From Burkholderiales bacterium (lineage in GTDB: Bacteria; Pseudomonadota; Gammaproteobacteria; Burkholderiales; JACQAP01), in NCBI GenBank assembly GCA_045810225.1, contig JBJMWI010000028.1, positions 18,947-82,946 of the forward strand: a DNA stretch of 64,000 nt. The letters run 5' to 3'. Every line of letters begins with the position of its first letter. Position 1 is the stretch's first letter. The notes beneath the pieces were generated by a model. It searched no databases. It saw only the letters and a list, made by a program, of their open reading frames with translations, and was not told where the DNA came from. Of the stretch, positions 20,700 through 31,185 are shown piece by piece. The translations under genes were made by a program, and so were the position numbers.

Positions 20700-20764
20700 T
20701 TTCAGCGTGGCGCACAAGGGGATATGGAGGTCACTCGCCCCGGTGCGCCGTGGACAATTTGGAA

Positions 20765-21547
20765 TTACGCCGTGAGGATGACTTCGACGGAACCGACACC
20801 GTCGATGGTGTAGCGGTAGTGTTCCCCGGCCTTGGGGAAACGCGTGGTCACCCAGCTGCCGGTCAGAACAATGTCCCCTTGGTTCAATGTCTGCCCGAGT
20901 TCGTTCAGATTGTTAGCCAGCCAGCGCAGCGGTTCAAAAGGATGGCCGAGGACGTCCCGCCCGCGTCCTTCATCGATGACTTTACCGTTGCACTCCAGGA
21001 TGCTGGGTGTGTTGGCAAGATCCGGCCAGGTCGTGCGGAACTCGCCTAGTACGTTGCCTTCGTTCCAGGAGTTGTCCGCAACCAGGGAAAGCAGATCAAG
21101 CGGATAGTCCGAGTTGCGGTCATCGATGACTTCAAACGCCGGGCAGACCGCATCGACAGCAGCAGAGATTTCGTCCAGCGCATATGGACGACCGCGCGGC
21201 GCAAGCGCGCTGCCAAGCCGCGCACAACATTCGAACTCGATCCCGAGACGGCCAAGCTGCGACAGTGATAGCGTTGCGCCGCTCTTGTACAGACGCTTGG
21301 CAAAGACTACGCCGGAGTTCGGATGGTTGACTCCGCACATTTGCTGCATGCGTTTGGATGTCAGTCCGATCTTGTAACCGACGCGCCGGCCAAATGTCGC
21401 TTCAAGCCGCTTGACGTACGCGGCCTGGATTGCATACGCACCTGCAAGGTCGGTAGCGCCGTAGTCCCTCGCGAAGGGAGTGATCTTTGTTTTCGCCGCG
21501 TGATCGCGCATCAGCGCGGCCGCTGCTTCTTCTGCCTTGACCTCCAT
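20765..21547 (-). CDS. 2-keto-4-pentenoate hydratase / 2-oxohepta-3-ene-1,7-dioate hydratase family (MhpD/HpcG-like)
   Basis: AYAIQAAYVKR..GRRVGYKIGLTSKRMQ and GDIVLTGSW blocks are typical of the FAH-fold hydratase family. Confidence 0.8.
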   Translation of the reverse strand: MEVKAEEAAAALMRDHAAKTKITPFARDYGATDLAGAYAIQAAYVKRLEATFGRRVGYKIGLTSKRMQQMCGVNHPNSGVVFAKRLYKSGATLSLSQLGRLGIEFECCARLGSALAPRGRPYALDEISAAVDAVCPAFEVIDDRNSDYPLDLLSLVADNSWNEGNVLGEFRTTWPDLANTPSILECNGKVIDEGRGRDVLGHPFEPLRWLANNLNELGQTLNQGDIVLTGSWVTTRFPKAGEHYRYTIDGVGSVEVILTA

Positions 21548-21640
21548 GCATCGTCTCCTCGTCTATTGCGACATGATATCGGCTCTCGGTATCCTTGGCT
21601 TCCCGGGCGGCTACTGCGCTCGCGCAAAATAAAGGCGGAG

Positions 21641-22603
21641 ATGCGATTGCACGGCATGACGTTGTTGGTGGCTTGCGTTTTCGCGGCGGCGGCATTTTGC
21701 GCCGACTACCCCGAGCGTCCGTTGCGGCTGGTGGTGCCTTTTACGCCGGCGGGCGCCACCGATGTCCTGGCGCGTCTGACCGGCGAGCGCCTGGGCGCGA
21801 AACTTGGCCAAACGGTGGTCATCGACAATCGGCCCGGGGCGGGGGCTAATGTCGGCGCTGAATTCGTTGCGCGTTCCACGCCGGACGGCTACACCATGCT
21901 AATGGGTCCCGCTTCGGTGTACGCGATTTGCGTTACGCTGTATCCGAAACTCGGCTACGACTTAACCAAGGATCTCATGCCGGTGTCGCTGGTGGCGAAT
22001 GTCCCGCACGTGCTGCTGGTCAACAACGATGTGCCGGCAGCGTCGGTGCAGCAGTTGATTCGTCTCGCGGCCAGCAAACCCGGAGCCCTGAATATTGCTT
22101 CGCAAGGCAGTGGGACGGTATCCCATCTTGAAGCGGAGCTGTTCAAGCATATGGCGGGGATTGACATGGTCCATGTGCCTTATCGAGGCAGCGCGCCAGC
22201 GCTCATCGATCTCATGGGCGGGCGTACGCAAGTCATGTTTGACAGTATTGCTTCAGCGCTTCCGCACATTCGGGCGGGGAAGTTGAGGGCAATCGCGGTG
22301 TCTTCCAAAACCCGCTCTTCGCTGTTGCCCGACGTGCCCACGGTGGATGAATCTGGTTTGAAAGGTTACAGCGCGCATTCGTGGCTCGGCATTTTCGTGC
22401 CGTCCGGAACGCCGCGGCCCATCGTGGAGCGGCTACAGCGAGAGCTGGCTGCCGCACTCGAGGAACCCCAATCCCGCGCGCGATTGCAAGGCGCCGGCTT
22501 CGAGCCTCAGAGCAGCACGTCGGCCGCGTTCGCGCAACTGGTGCGCGAGGAAATCGAAAAATGGCGCCCGATCGTAACGATGTCCGGCGCAACGGCGGAC
22601 TGA
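21641..22603 (+). CDS. Tripartite tricarboxylate transporter substrate-binding protein (Bug/TctC family)
   Basis: ATG at 21641 after GGCGGAG gives a signal peptide, then YPERPLRLVVPFTPAGATDVLAR, the Bug family hallmark. No tctA or tctB lies adjacent. Confidence 0.9.
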   Translation: MRLHGMTLLVACVFAAAAFCADYPERPLRLVVPFTPAGATDVLARLTGERLGAKLGQTVVIDNRPGAGANVGAEFVARSTPDGYTMLMGPASVYAICVTLYPKLGYDLTKDLMPVSLVANVPHVLLVNNDVPAASVQQLIRLAASKPGALNIASQGSGTVSHLEAELFKHMAGIDMVHVPYRGSAPALIDLMGGRTQVMFDSIASALPHIRAGKLRAIAVSSKTRSSLLPDVPTVDESGLKGYSAHSWLGIFVPSGTPRPIVERLQRELAAALEEPQSRARLQGAGFEPQSSTSAAFAQLVREEIEKWRPIVTMSGATAD

Positions 22604-22675
22604 TGCACGCTGATCGGTACGCAACACAGGGTGCTCAACCAACGGGTGCCTTGAAGTTTTTGCCGTAAGGGAGAA

Positions 22676-23866
22676 TTGATGAGCGGGCCACTCACTGGAA
22701 TCAGGGTATTGGATCTCACGCGCGTACTGGCGGGACCGTTCGCCACCCAGATCCTCGCAGACTTGGGCGCGGACGTTATCAAGATAGAGCGGCCCGGGAC
22801 TGGCGATGACACGCGCGGGTGGGGACCTCCGTATGTCAAAGACACTCACGGAAAGGACACCACCGAAACCACTTACTTTGCCGCATGTAATCGCGGCAAG
22901 AAGTCGATCACGCTCGATTTGGCGGATGCGCACGCACGGAAGCACTTGCTCGAACTTGTGGGCGAATCGGATGTGCTCGTGGAGAACTACAAGGTAGGCG
23001 ACCTGGCGCGTTATGGGCTGGACTATGCGTCATTGCGCAAAGGCTATCCGGCTCTGGTGTACTGCTCGATAACCGGTTTCGGCCAGACCGGTCCGTATGC
23101 GGAACGGGCCGGATATGATCCTGTCGCACAAGCCATGTGCGGCATGATGAGCGTAACCGGAGAATCCGAAGGCAAGCCCGGTACGACGCCGCAACGCGCA
23201 GGTGTTGCGGTAATAGACCTGATGGCAGGTCACTATTCCGTAATCGGCATCCTGGCCGCATTGATGCACCGCCGCCAGACTGGCGAGGGGCAGCACATCG
23301 ACATCGGGTTGCTGGACGTTGGCGTGGCTTCTATGGCCAATATCGCGTCCGCATATCTTGGTGCTGGCGTTGTATCGAAGCGGAACGGTGGCGTGCATCC
23401 AAGCGTAACGCCATCGCAGGTGTTCGAGTGCGCCGATGGATATGTGATTGTTGCGGCCGCCAACGATGTGCAGTTTCGGAAACTTTGTGAAGTTGCAGGC
23501 CAGCCCGGCATTGCACGTGACGGGCGTTTTGCCTCCAATGCCGGGCGTGTGCAAAACCGCGCGATTTTGGCCCCGCTGCTGGAGAATATTTTTCGCTCCG
23601 CTTCGGTCGTGCACTGGACCGAGTCATTGGCCGCCGCCGGCGTGTCATGTGGCCCCATCTATTCCATTGATGAGGTATTCGAGGATCCACAGGTGCAGGC
23701 ACGTTGCATGGTGGTTGAAGTTCCATATGCGCCGGCGGGAAAACTGAAAATGACGGCGAGCCCGATTCGCATGTCCGGTACGCCGCTGGTGCACGATGTT
23801 GCCCCGCCATTGCTTGGCCAACATAATGATCAGCTGCTGCGGCGTAAAAGCGAGTCCTCGCGTTAG
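22676..23866 (+). CDS. CaiB/BaiF family III CoA-transferase
   Basis: GIRVLDLTRVLAGPFATQILADLGADVIKIE..GDDTR.WGPP N-terminal signature of family III CoA-transferases. Confidence 0.9.
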   Translation: MMSGPLTGIRVLDLTRVLAGPFATQILADLGADVIKIERPGTGDDTRGWGPPYVKDTHGKDTTETTYFAACNRGKKSITLDLADAHARKHLLELVGESDVLVENYKVGDLARYGLDYASLRKGYPALVYCSITGFGQTGPYAERAGYDPVAQAMCGMMSVTGESEGKPGTTPQRAGVAVIDLMAGHYSVIGILAALMHRRQTGEGQHIDIGLLDVGVASMANIASAYLGAGVVSKRNGGVHPSVTPSQVFECADGYVIVAAANDVQFRKLCEVAGQPGIARDGRFASNAGRVQNRAILAPLLENIFRSASVVHWTESLAAAGVSCGPIYSIDEVFEDPQVQARCMVVEVPYAPAGKLKMTASPIRMSGTPLVHDVAPPLLGQHNDQLLRRKSESSR

Positions 23867-23889
23867 ATCAATTCGCTTAAACATTACTC

Positions 23890-24546
23890 ATGCTGCGTTC
23901 CCATATCGATCATCTCGTCATCACGGCGCCATCGCTGGACACCGGTGTCGAATATGTTCGCGACGCGCTTGGCGTGTCACCCCAGGCAGGCGGTCAGCAC
24001 ATTCGCATGGGGACACACAATTGTCTTCTGAAGCTCGGTGACGCCTTGTTCCTAGAAGTGATCAGTATCGATCCTGCGGCACCGCCTCCAGCGCGGCCGC
24101 GCTGGTTCCAGCTGGATGAAGAAGAATCGGTCAAGGCGCCACGGCTGGCGACCTGGGTCGTGCGCACGACCGACATCAGCGCAGCCATCGTCGCCTCGCC
24201 GGTCGTCTCGGGATATGCGATGCCCATGACCCGTGATGACTTGAGCTGGACAATCTCGATTCCTCGAAATGGCAGCTTGCCGTTGCAGGGCGTTGCGCCA
24301 ACCATGATTCAGTGGCAAGGCCCACATCCCGCCAGCCGCCTGCAGGAGTCAGGATGCTCCTTGGTGCGTCTGGAAGGTTTTCATGCGCGTGCCGACAAGG
24401 TGACGGCGATGCTCGAGGCGATAGGGTTCCAGGGCACATTTACCGTTTCGCCATTACCTTCCGGCGCTAGTGCGAAACTCGTCGCGCACATTCAGACTCC
24501 TGCCGGGACGCGTCAGATTCCGCCATTGTCTGCTACAGCGTTGTAG
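23890..24546 (+). CDS. VOC/glyoxalase-like domain protein
   Basis: IDHLVITAPSLDTGVEYVRDALGV..GGQHIRMGTHNCLLKLGDALFLEVISIDP resembles the Glyoxalase-like (Glyoxalase_3-type) domain. Confidence 0.65.
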   Translation: MLRSHIDHLVITAPSLDTGVEYVRDALGVSPQAGGQHIRMGTHNCLLKLGDALFLEVISIDPAAPPPARPRWFQLDEEESVKAPRLATWVVRTTDISAAIVASPVVSGYAMPMTRDDLSWTISIPRNGSLPLQGVAPTMIQWQGPHPASRLQESGCSLVRLEGFHARADKVTAMLEAIGFQGTFTVSPLPSGASAKLVAHIQTPAGTRQIPPLSATAL

Positions 24547-24665
24547 CGGTGTGTCGATGCAATTTTCGCGGACGCATGAACTGGGTACCGCGCACGCGCT
24601 CAAACTATTGCAGTAATGCATACGGGCGCGACCTAGAGCGGCGGGGCCATCATCGAGGAGCAGCA

Positions 24666-25520
24666 GTGAGCAGCCAAATTGAGAAAGGTGCGCATTTCGC
24701 GCGCAGCCACACCGACCCTGGAATCCTGGTGCTGCCGAATGCCTGGGATGCCGGTAGCGCGATCATGATGGCCGAAGTCGGATTTCGCGCCATCGCAACC
24801 ACAAGCGCCGGGATCGCTTTTGCCATGGGTCTCCCGGACGGCCAGCACGTAAGCCGGGACGCGATGCTGGAACGTGTAGCCCAAATCGCCGCTGCAGTCG
24901 AGTTGCCGGTGAGTGCCGATCTGGAAGCGGGGTATGGGCCTGCGGCAGAAGACGTAGCGGCAACAGTACGTGGCGCGCTGGGCGCCGGCGCGATTGGCTG
25001 CAACATCGAAGATGCCGCAGGTAGTCCCCATACCCCCTTGTTCGATATTGAACTGGCCTGTGACCGTATCCGTGCCGGTGCGGAAGTCGCCCAGCGGGCG
25101 AATCAGCCCTTCGTGCTGAATGCACGGGTTGACTGCTACCTGGTCCGCCCACGAGCCGACGCGGAAAATTTTGCCGAAACAGTGAAGCGCGCGAACGCCT
25201 ACCGTGAAGCTGGCGCAGGCTGTGTGTTTGTTCCGGGACCGATGGACCGGGACACGATCGCAAGACTCGTGCGCGAGATCGACGGCCCGCTGAATATCCT
25301 GGGCGCGCGCGCCGGCACGGCAAGTACCGTGAGCATTCCAGATCTGGAGCGGCTTGGCGTCAAACGCGTCAGCATCGGCGGTAGCTTGGCCGCTGCGGCG
25401 CTTAGCTTCGTGCAGCAATCGATGCGGGCGCTGCGCGAGACCGGAACGTTCGACTACACGCATGACGCGCTTCCCAACGCTCGCATCAATGCGATCATGG
25501 ATAAGTATCGCAGCCAATAG
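24666..25520 (+). CDS. Isocitrate lyase/PEP mutase superfamily protein (2-methylisocitrate lyase / carboxyvinyl-carboxyphosphonate phosphorylmutase-like)
   Basis: GTG at 24666, 5 nt after GAGGAG. Blocks LVLPNAWDAGSA, GFRAIATTSAG, PVSADLEAGYG and GCNIED are characteristic of the ICL/PEPM fold. Confidence 0.8.
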   Translation: MSSQIEKGAHFARSHTDPGILVLPNAWDAGSAIMMAEVGFRAIATTSAGIAFAMGLPDGQHVSRDAMLERVAQIAAAVELPVSADLEAGYGPAAEDVAATVRGALGAGAIGCNIEDAAGSPHTPLFDIELACDRIRAGAEVAQRANQPFVLNARVDCYLVRPRADAENFAETVKRANAYREAGAGCVFVPGPMDRDTIARLVREIDGPLNILGARAGTASTVSIPDLERLGVKRVSIGGSLAAAALSFVQQSMRALRETGTFDYTHDALPNARINAIMDKYRSQ

Positions 25521-25521
25521 C

Positions 25522-26091
25522 ATGCCGTCATCGAAGACACATGTCGGCCAAGGAGTCACTTTCGTTTTCCTGGCTATGGTCGGTTGCGCAGCACAGGCGC
25601 CGCAATCTGCTGTTGTCCCGGCATCCATGCAATCGGATGCAACACAACGCAGCTCAGGCGGCAAAATGACCGCTGCCGATATCCGGGCGATCACTGCGTA
25701 TCACAACAAAGTACGGGCCGATGTCGGGGTCGGGCCACTGCAATGGTCAGAGGAGCTGGCACGTTACGCGCAACAATGGGCAGACCACCTTGCCGCAGCA
25801 AGTTGCAGCATGGCCCATCGCACACAGCACCGATATGGTGAAAACCTGTTTCAGGGAACCGCGGGCCATTACACTGCCGTCGATGCGGCCAAGGCCTGGG
25901 AAACCGAGAAGAAAGATTACGCCGGCGGCGTTCTGACAGAAGCGAACTGGCAACGGGCAGGCCATTACACGCAGATGGTATGGCGAGACACGACCACTTT
26001 GGGTTGCGGCCAGTCGACCTGCAACCAGACGCTCATCGTGGCATGCAACTATGCACCGCCAGGCAACTATATCGGTCGCCGGCCATACTAA
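25522..26091 (+). CDS. CAP/SCP/PR-1-like domain lipoprotein
   Basis: ATG at 25522. Lipobox-like LAMVGC. CAP domain blocks YHNKVRADVGV.PL.WS.ELA..AQ.WA, GENL, HYTQMVWRDTT.LGCG and VACNY.PPGN. Confidence 0.8.
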   Translation: MPSSKTHVGQGVTFVFLAMVGCAAQAPQSAVVPASMQSDATQRSSGGKMTAADIRAITAYHNKVRADVGVGPLQWSEELARYAQQWADHLAAASCSMAHRTQHRYGENLFQGTAGHYTAVDAAKAWETEKKDYAGGVLTEANWQRAGHYTQMVWRDTTTLGCGQSTCNQTLIVACNYAPPGNYIGRRPY

Positions 26092-26153
26092 AGCGCGCGG
26101 ATCTTGTAGGATTCGGCCGAACCAAGCTCTGGCAACACAAAAAGGGAGATGCA

Positions 26154-27209
26154 ATGCTGAGTTACGACGTCGTGGAATGGGGCAAACCGCTGCAAAAAGC
26201 GGAGAAACAAACACCGCAGCCGACTGGAACAGAAGTGTTGTTGAAGTTGAAGTATTGCGGGGTGTGCCACAGCGACGTGCATATTCGCGATGGCTACTTC
26301 AACCTGGGAGGGGGCAAGCGTTTTCACATGAGCGAGCGCGGCATGCAACCGCCGGTGACGCTCGGGCATGAACCCTTTGGCACCGTCATCGCCGCAGGTG
26401 CCGATGCGAAAGATGTCCCCATGGGACAAGATCGCCTGGTGTGTCCCTGGATTGGCTGCGGCAAGTGCGCGCGTTGCCTCGAGGGAATGGATAACCATTG
26501 CATGGCACCGCGTTGGATCGGTATCCAGCGACCCGGCGGCTATGCCGACCACTTGCTGGTGCCACATGCGAAATATCTTGTCGATGCTAGCGGCATCGAT
26601 CCCATGTGGGCCGCCACATTATCTTGCTCAGGCCTCACGACTTACTCCGCCGTCGCGCAGCTTAAGCCCATCCCGCGAGAGGAGTGGGTGGCGGTATTCG
26701 GGGCGGGCGGCCTGGGTTTGATGGCGATTGAAATGCTGAAAGCCTTGGGCCATGAGCGCATCGTCGTGGTCGATATCGATGACGTCAAGCTGGCCGTAGC
26801 ACGCAAAGAGGGTGCGGCTGCGACGATCAACGGACGTGACCCTGAAGCGGGAAAGAAGCTTCTCGCAGCAACGAGTGGGCCGCTTTATGGCGCAGTCGAC
26901 CTGGTTGGTGCGGCCGATACGGCATCCCTTGCGCTGGGCGCGTTGCGCAAAGGCGGAAAACTAATCGTGGTCGGGCTTTATGGGGGAGAAATTCCAGTCT
27001 CGCTGGTTCTCGTGGTGCAACGTGCATGGCGTATCCAGGGGTCCAGCGTTGGCAACGTCGCTGAGTTGAACGAAGTTATCGCGCTGGCGCGCGCCGGCAA
27101 GATCAAGCCCATTCCGATCGAAAAGCGCCCTCTGTCCGAGGTCAGCCGCACGCTGGATCAGCTTAAAGCCGGAAGTGTGGTGGGACGAGTGGTCGCTGCA
27201 ATCAGTTGA
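26154..27209 (+). CDS. Zinc-dependent alcohol dehydrogenase family protein
   Basis: ATG at 26154 after GGGAGA. Catalytic-zinc GVCHSDVH, structural-zinc Cys cluster C..GCGKCARC and Rossmann GAGGLG. Confidence 0.85.
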   Translation: MLSYDVVEWGKPLQKAEKQTPQPTGTEVLLKLKYCGVCHSDVHIRDGYFNLGGGKRFHMSERGMQPPVTLGHEPFGTVIAAGADAKDVPMGQDRLVCPWIGCGKCARCLEGMDNHCMAPRWIGIQRPGGYADHLLVPHAKYLVDASGIDPMWAATLSCSGLTTYSAVAQLKPIPREEWVAVFGAGGLGLMAIEMLKALGHERIVVVDIDDVKLAVARKEGAAATINGRDPEAGKKLLAATSGPLYGAVDLVGAADTASLALGALRKGGKLIVVGLYGGEIPVSLVLVVQRAWRIQGSSVGNVAELNEVIALARAGKIKPIPIEKRPLSEVSRTLDQLKAGSVVGRVVAAIS

Positions 27210-27242
27210 ACGGATTGGCGGCAAGGCACGGCCGATGGAGGC

Positions 27243-28652
27243 ATGGCAATGAACGATGAACTGGCATTCGTTCCGGCAAGCGAACTGGTCCGCATGATCA
27301 GACAGAAAACCGTGTCGCCAGTCGAAGTCATGCGCCAGACCATCGCGCGGGCGGAAGCATTGAATCCGCGACTCAACGCGATCTGCACGCCGACATTCGA
27401 GGCGGCGATGGAGGCAGCAGCAGAGGCTGAAACCGCCGTCATGCGAGGCCGGCCTTTGGGCATCCTGCACGGCGTGCCGACCAGCATCAAGGATCTGGCC
27501 TTTACCCGTGGCGTGCGCACCATGGCCGGCTCGCATATCTTCCGCGATCGCGTTCCGGACTTCGACAGCGCGCACGTTGAGCGTCTGCGCGCGGCCGGTG
27601 CAATCTCCATCGGCAAGACGACCGTTTCGGAGTTTGGCTGGAGCGGCGTTAGCAATAGCCCGCTCACTGGCATAACGCACAATCCCTGGAAGCAGGGGAT
27701 GAATGCCGGCGCCTCCAGCGCGGGCGCGGCTGTTTGCGCAGCGGCCGGAATAGGTCCAATTCATCAGGGCTCGGATGGTGCTGGATCAATTCGAATGCCG
27801 GCGGCATTTTGTGGCGTTTATGGCATCAAGCCTTCGCACGGCCGCGTTCCGTACTGGCCCACGCCCGCCAATGGGCTGATATCGCATGTCGGGCCGCTGA
27901 CCCGCACCGTAACGGATGCGGCACTGATGCTGCAGGCAATGGCGGGCCCGGATGACCGCGACATGACCAGCCTGGAATCCGCACCGGAAGATTTCGTCGG
28001 GCGCCTCGATGAAGGCATCGGGCGCTTAAGGATTGGCTACAGCCCCGATCTGGGTTACCTGAAGGTTGATGCGGACGTCGCCGCGCTGGTCGCGCGCGCT
28101 GTCACTGCTTTCGAAGAGCTTGGCTGTCAGGTCGATGAGATAAAGCCCGGGTGGGACAATCCGATCGAAATGGAGCATTTGCATTTTTCAGCTAATTTCG
28201 CCAGCCGCCTGGAGCCTTTGCTCGAGCAATGGCATGATCGAATGGATCCGGGGCTGGTGGCGCTGGTCAAGCACGGCACGCAATTCAGTGCCGCGGAATA
28301 CTGCCGGCTCGATGAGAAACGCTTGGCCCTGTACGACAAGGTGCGCTCACTGTTCGACCGCTATGATCTGTTGCTCACGCCCGCGCTGTCAGTGGCTGCA
28401 TTTCCCGCGCAACGTTTGATGCCCGAGCACTGGGAGCAGCACCCGTGGGACTGGATGCGCTGGGCCGGCTTCAGCTATCCCTTCAACCTCACCTGGCTGC
28501 CTGCGGCATGCTGTCCCTGCGGGTTCACGAGCTCAGGGCTGCCGGTCGGTTTGCAAATCGTGGCTGGCCGCCATCGGGATTTGCGTGTGCTGCAAGCCTC
28601 GCGAGCCTATGAACGCATCCGACCCTGGGCGCAACATCGGCCGCCGTGTTGA
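27243..28652 (+). CDS. Amidase (amidase signature family)
   Basis: GVPTSIKDL and GASSAGAAVCAAAGIGPIHQGSDGAGSIRMPAAFCG AS-signature. SD GGAGG lies upstream. Confidence 0.85.
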   Translation: MAMNDELAFVPASELVRMIRQKTVSPVEVMRQTIARAEALNPRLNAICTPTFEAAMEAAAEAETAVMRGRPLGILHGVPTSIKDLAFTRGVRTMAGSHIFRDRVPDFDSAHVERLRAAGAISIGKTTVSEFGWSGVSNSPLTGITHNPWKQGMNAGASSAGAAVCAAAGIGPIHQGSDGAGSIRMPAAFCGVYGIKPSHGRVPYWPTPANGLISHVGPLTRTVTDAALMLQAMAGPDDRDMTSLESAPEDFVGRLDEGIGRLRIGYSPDLGYLKVDADVAALVARAVTAFEELGCQVDEIKPGWDNPIEMEHLHFSANFASRLEPLLEQWHDRMDPGLVALVKHGTQFSAAEYCRLDEKRLALYDKVRSLFDRYDLLLTPALSVAAFPAQRLMPEHWEQHPWDWMRWAGFSYPFNLTWLPAACCPCGFTSSGLPVGLQIVAGRHRDLRVLQASRAYERIRPWAQHRPPC

Positions 28653-28675
28653 TCGGCTATCTGGAAAAACTCGCC

Positions 28676-28978
28676 ATGTCTTCGGAAACCAAGCTGCCCG
28701 TACTCCATAACGTCGCCGCCAAGCGCTTTGAAGTCAATCTGGACGGCAAACTCGCGTTTTCAAAATATCTGCTGGTTGGCGAAAAGATGATCATCGAGCA
28801 CACCGAGGTGCCCACTGAACTGGAAGGCAAAGGCATCGCCGGCACAATTGTGCGCACGGCGCTGGATTACGCGCGCGAGCAACACCTCAGAGTGATGCCA
28901 TTGTGCCCATTCACCGCAAGCTTTATTCACCGCCATCCGCAGTATCAGGATCTTGTGCTGGAAGGCTATCGCTACTGA
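28676..28978 (+). CDS. Small GNAT-like acetyltransferase (YjdJ-type)
   Basis: About 100 aa. RFEV.LDGK.A...Y......MIIEHTEVP.ELEGKGIAG.....ALDYAR....RV.PLCPF matches the short GNAT (Acetyltransf_CG-type) family pattern. Confidence 0.7.
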   Translation: MSSETKLPVLHNVAAKRFEVNLDGKLAFSKYLLVGEKMIIEHTEVPTELEGKGIAGTIVRTALDYAREQHLRVMPLCPFTASFIHRHPQYQDLVLEGYRY

Positions 28979-29564
28979 AGCTGTCCGACCCGTAATGGCT
29001 CCTTGCGAACTGAACAACCTGCGGCAGGAACATCCTGAAATCCGATTCGAGCGCTGCGTAGTGATCGCGGAGTTCGTCTGCAGAATTCAACAATTGGTTT
29101 TCCCGCTTGAGCCTCCCACCCATGCGGTCAAGCGCGCCGTGGATTGAGCCGATGTGGGCGTAGGATGCGAGCCAGTCCGACCGCGCCATTCCGGGTGCCA
29201 TGTAGTTGAGCCGGTCCGGCAGTATGGCGCTGCGTATGCGCAAAATTTCATAAATCCGCGCGGTGAATACCTTGATCGGTTCGTCATGAAATTCGGCCCA
29301 GTTGCTCGCCAGGAAATGATCGTAGAACATGTCGATCATGATGCCGGCGTAGCGACGCCTGGCGGCACTGATGCGCGACTTGCTGCGCAATACCACGGGG
29401 TGCGCGTCGGTAAAGCTGTCGATTTTTCTGTGCAGCGCGATGGCGGCAGTAATGGGCTGGCTGTAACGTCCATCCAACGGCCCTTTGACGAAATCGCCGA
29501 GCAAACTGCCGAGCCAGGCGTCTTCAGTACGCGCCGACAAGAAAAGATGTGCAAGATAGTTCAT
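28923..29564 (-). CDS. acpH: Acyl carrier protein phosphodiesterase
   Basis: The internal ATG at 29564 gives [10 protein letters not shown]....[12 protein letters not shown] and HRKIDSFTD, the AcpH N-terminal signature. The 3' end overlaps the convergent GNAT gene by 56 nt. Confidence 0.85.
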   Translation of the reverse strand: MNYLAHLFLSARTEDAWLGSLLGDFVKGPLDGRYSQPITAAIALHRKIDSFTDAHPVVLRSKSRISAARRRYAGIMIDMFYDHFLASNWAEFHDEPIKVFTARIYEILRIRSAILPDRLNYMAPGMARSDWLASYAHIGSIHGALDRMGGRLKRENQLLNSADELRDHYAALESDFRMFLPQVVQFARSHYGSDSFSSDSLPAQDPDTADGGE

Positions 29565-29703
29565 GGTAACGGGGCTGCCTGACGAATCGCGAGCCGTCCT
29601 GTTTCTTCCGGTGAAGGGTCGCGCCACTGCAACGAGCGGCCCGGATTGCGGTATAAACCAATGCAGCGATTCATTGTATTTCATCCGCGATCAAGGCAAA
29701 AAC

Positions 29704-31185
29704 GTGAATCAGGAAGACGCCTTATATCCGTGCAGCTTCGTTATTTTCGGCGCCACCGGTAATCTTGCCGCCACCAAGCTCCTGCCGGCGTTGTACCGGC
29801 TTGAACTGGCTAAGAGGCTGCCTAAGGTCACCAACTTTGTCGTAATCGGGCGGCGTCCCTGGAGCGATGCCGACTGGTCTGCCCATATGGAGCAGGCGCT
29901 GCGGCAAAAGGTAGGCAAGCAATTCATGCCGGATTGCTTTGCACAGTTTTCCGCCCGCTTCAGTTACCTGCGCGGCGATTTGCAGGATCCGGAAGCGTAC
30001 AAGAGATTGCTCGATGAATTGGGCAAGCCAAAAACCGGCGTGTGCTCCAACATCGTTTTCTATCTTGCCGTAAAACCCGAAGACTTCGGCGTTATCGTCA
30101 ACAATCTGGCAACCGTCGGACTGAACCGGCCGCGAGGTTTGCACCGCGTCGTCGTGGAAAAACCTTTCGGCGAAGACCTCAGCAGTGCGCAACAGCTGAA
30201 TCAGTTGTTGCATCGTTACTTCGATGAGCAGCAGATTTACCGCATCGATCACTACCTCGCCAAGGAAAGTGTGCAAAATCTGCTGGTGTTCCGTTTTGCC
30301 AACCTGATGATCGAGCCGCTATGGAATCGTAATTTCGTCGATCACGTTCAGATCACGGTTGCTGAACAAGTCGGCATTGAGACGCGCGCCGATTACTATG
30401 ACAGGATCGGTGCGTTGCGAGACATGCTGCAAAACCACCTGATGCAATTGCTCACGCTGGTGGCGATGGAGCCGCCGGCGGCGCTGGAAGCGGACACGCT
30501 GCGCGACGAAAAAGTAAAAGTACTGCGATCCATTCGTCCCATCGCAGCGGATGCGGTGCAGGACCATGCCGTGCGTGGCCAATACGCCGCAGGCGCCGTG
30601 GATGATCGTCAAGTGCCGGCCTATAGCGACGAAGCTGGCGTGCCGCGCGGCTCTGTCACGCCCACTTATGTCGCCGCCAAATTTTTCATCGACAACTGGC
30701 GCTGGCGCGGCGTGCCGTTTTATCTGCGAACCGGCAAGCGGCTTGCGAGTCAGTTCTCTGTCATCGCACTGCGATTTCGCCATCCACCGCAACAGCTGTT
30801 CCGTGAAACGCCCCTGGAAAACATGACACCGAACTGGATCATTCTGAGTCTGCAGCCCAATGAAAGCATGCGTCTGGAAATCCATGCCAAACAACCTGGT
30901 CTTGGCATGCATACGCGGGTGATCCAGATGAACGCGGGCTACCGGCACGGTCACGAGGCGCAACCCGATGCTTATGAGGCGCTGCTTGCCGACATCATTC
31001 GTGGCGATCCGACCAATTTCATTCGCTTCGACGAAGTGGAGTGGGCATGGCGGGTGGTGGACCCGATCCTCAAGCACTGGGACCAGCATGGCAATTCAAC
31101 TCATCCGTACTCCGCGGGGAGTTGGGGTCCGCAGGAAGCCGACCGGCTGTTTGGTAGTGGCCAGGAATGGCGAAATCATGTCTGA
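29704..31185 (+). CDS. zwf: Glucose-6-phosphate 1-dehydrogenase
   Basis: [11 protein letters not shown] dinucleotide motif and the RIDHYLAKE active-site block, with full-length colinearity. The start is probably GTG 29704, because the homologous region begins just after it. An ATG at 29563 is possible but adds about 47 non-conserved residues. Confidence 0.9.
   Translation: MNQEDALYPCSFVIFGATGNLAATKLLPALYRLELAKRLPKVTNFVVIGRRPWSDADWSAHMEQALRQKVGKQFMPDCFAQFSARFSYLRGDLQDPEAYKRLLDELGKPKTGVCSNIVFYLAVKPEDFGVIVNNLATVGLNRPRGLHRVVVEKPFGEDLSSAQQLNQLLHRYFDEQQIYRIDHYLAKESVQNLLVFRFANLMIEPLWNRNFVDHVQITVAEQVGIETRADYYDRIGALRDMLQNHLMQLLTLVAMEPPAALEADTLRDEKVKVLRSIRPIAADAVQDHAVRGQYAAGAVDDRQVPAYSDEAGVPRGSVTPTYVAAKFFIDNWRWRGVPFYLRTGKRLASQFSVIALRFRHPPQQLFRETPLENMTPNWIILSLQPNESMRLEIHAKQPGLGMHTRVIQMNAGYRHGHEAQPDAYEALLADIIRGDPTNFIRFDEVEWAWRVVDPILKHWDQHGNSTHPYSAGSWGPQEADRLFGSGQEWRNHV

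Noticed and set aside
21323-21640. N-terminal extensions in the ORF track (21323 for the Bug protein, 50415 for the redoxin fusion, 9432 for the GSDH, 25354 for the CAP protein, 25980 for the ADH, 42385 for the aldolase)
   Set aside because: The extensions overlap neighbouring genes or promoters and lack conservation-like features. In each case an internal ATG or GTG preceded by an SD yields a proper signal peptide or the canonical family N-terminus.
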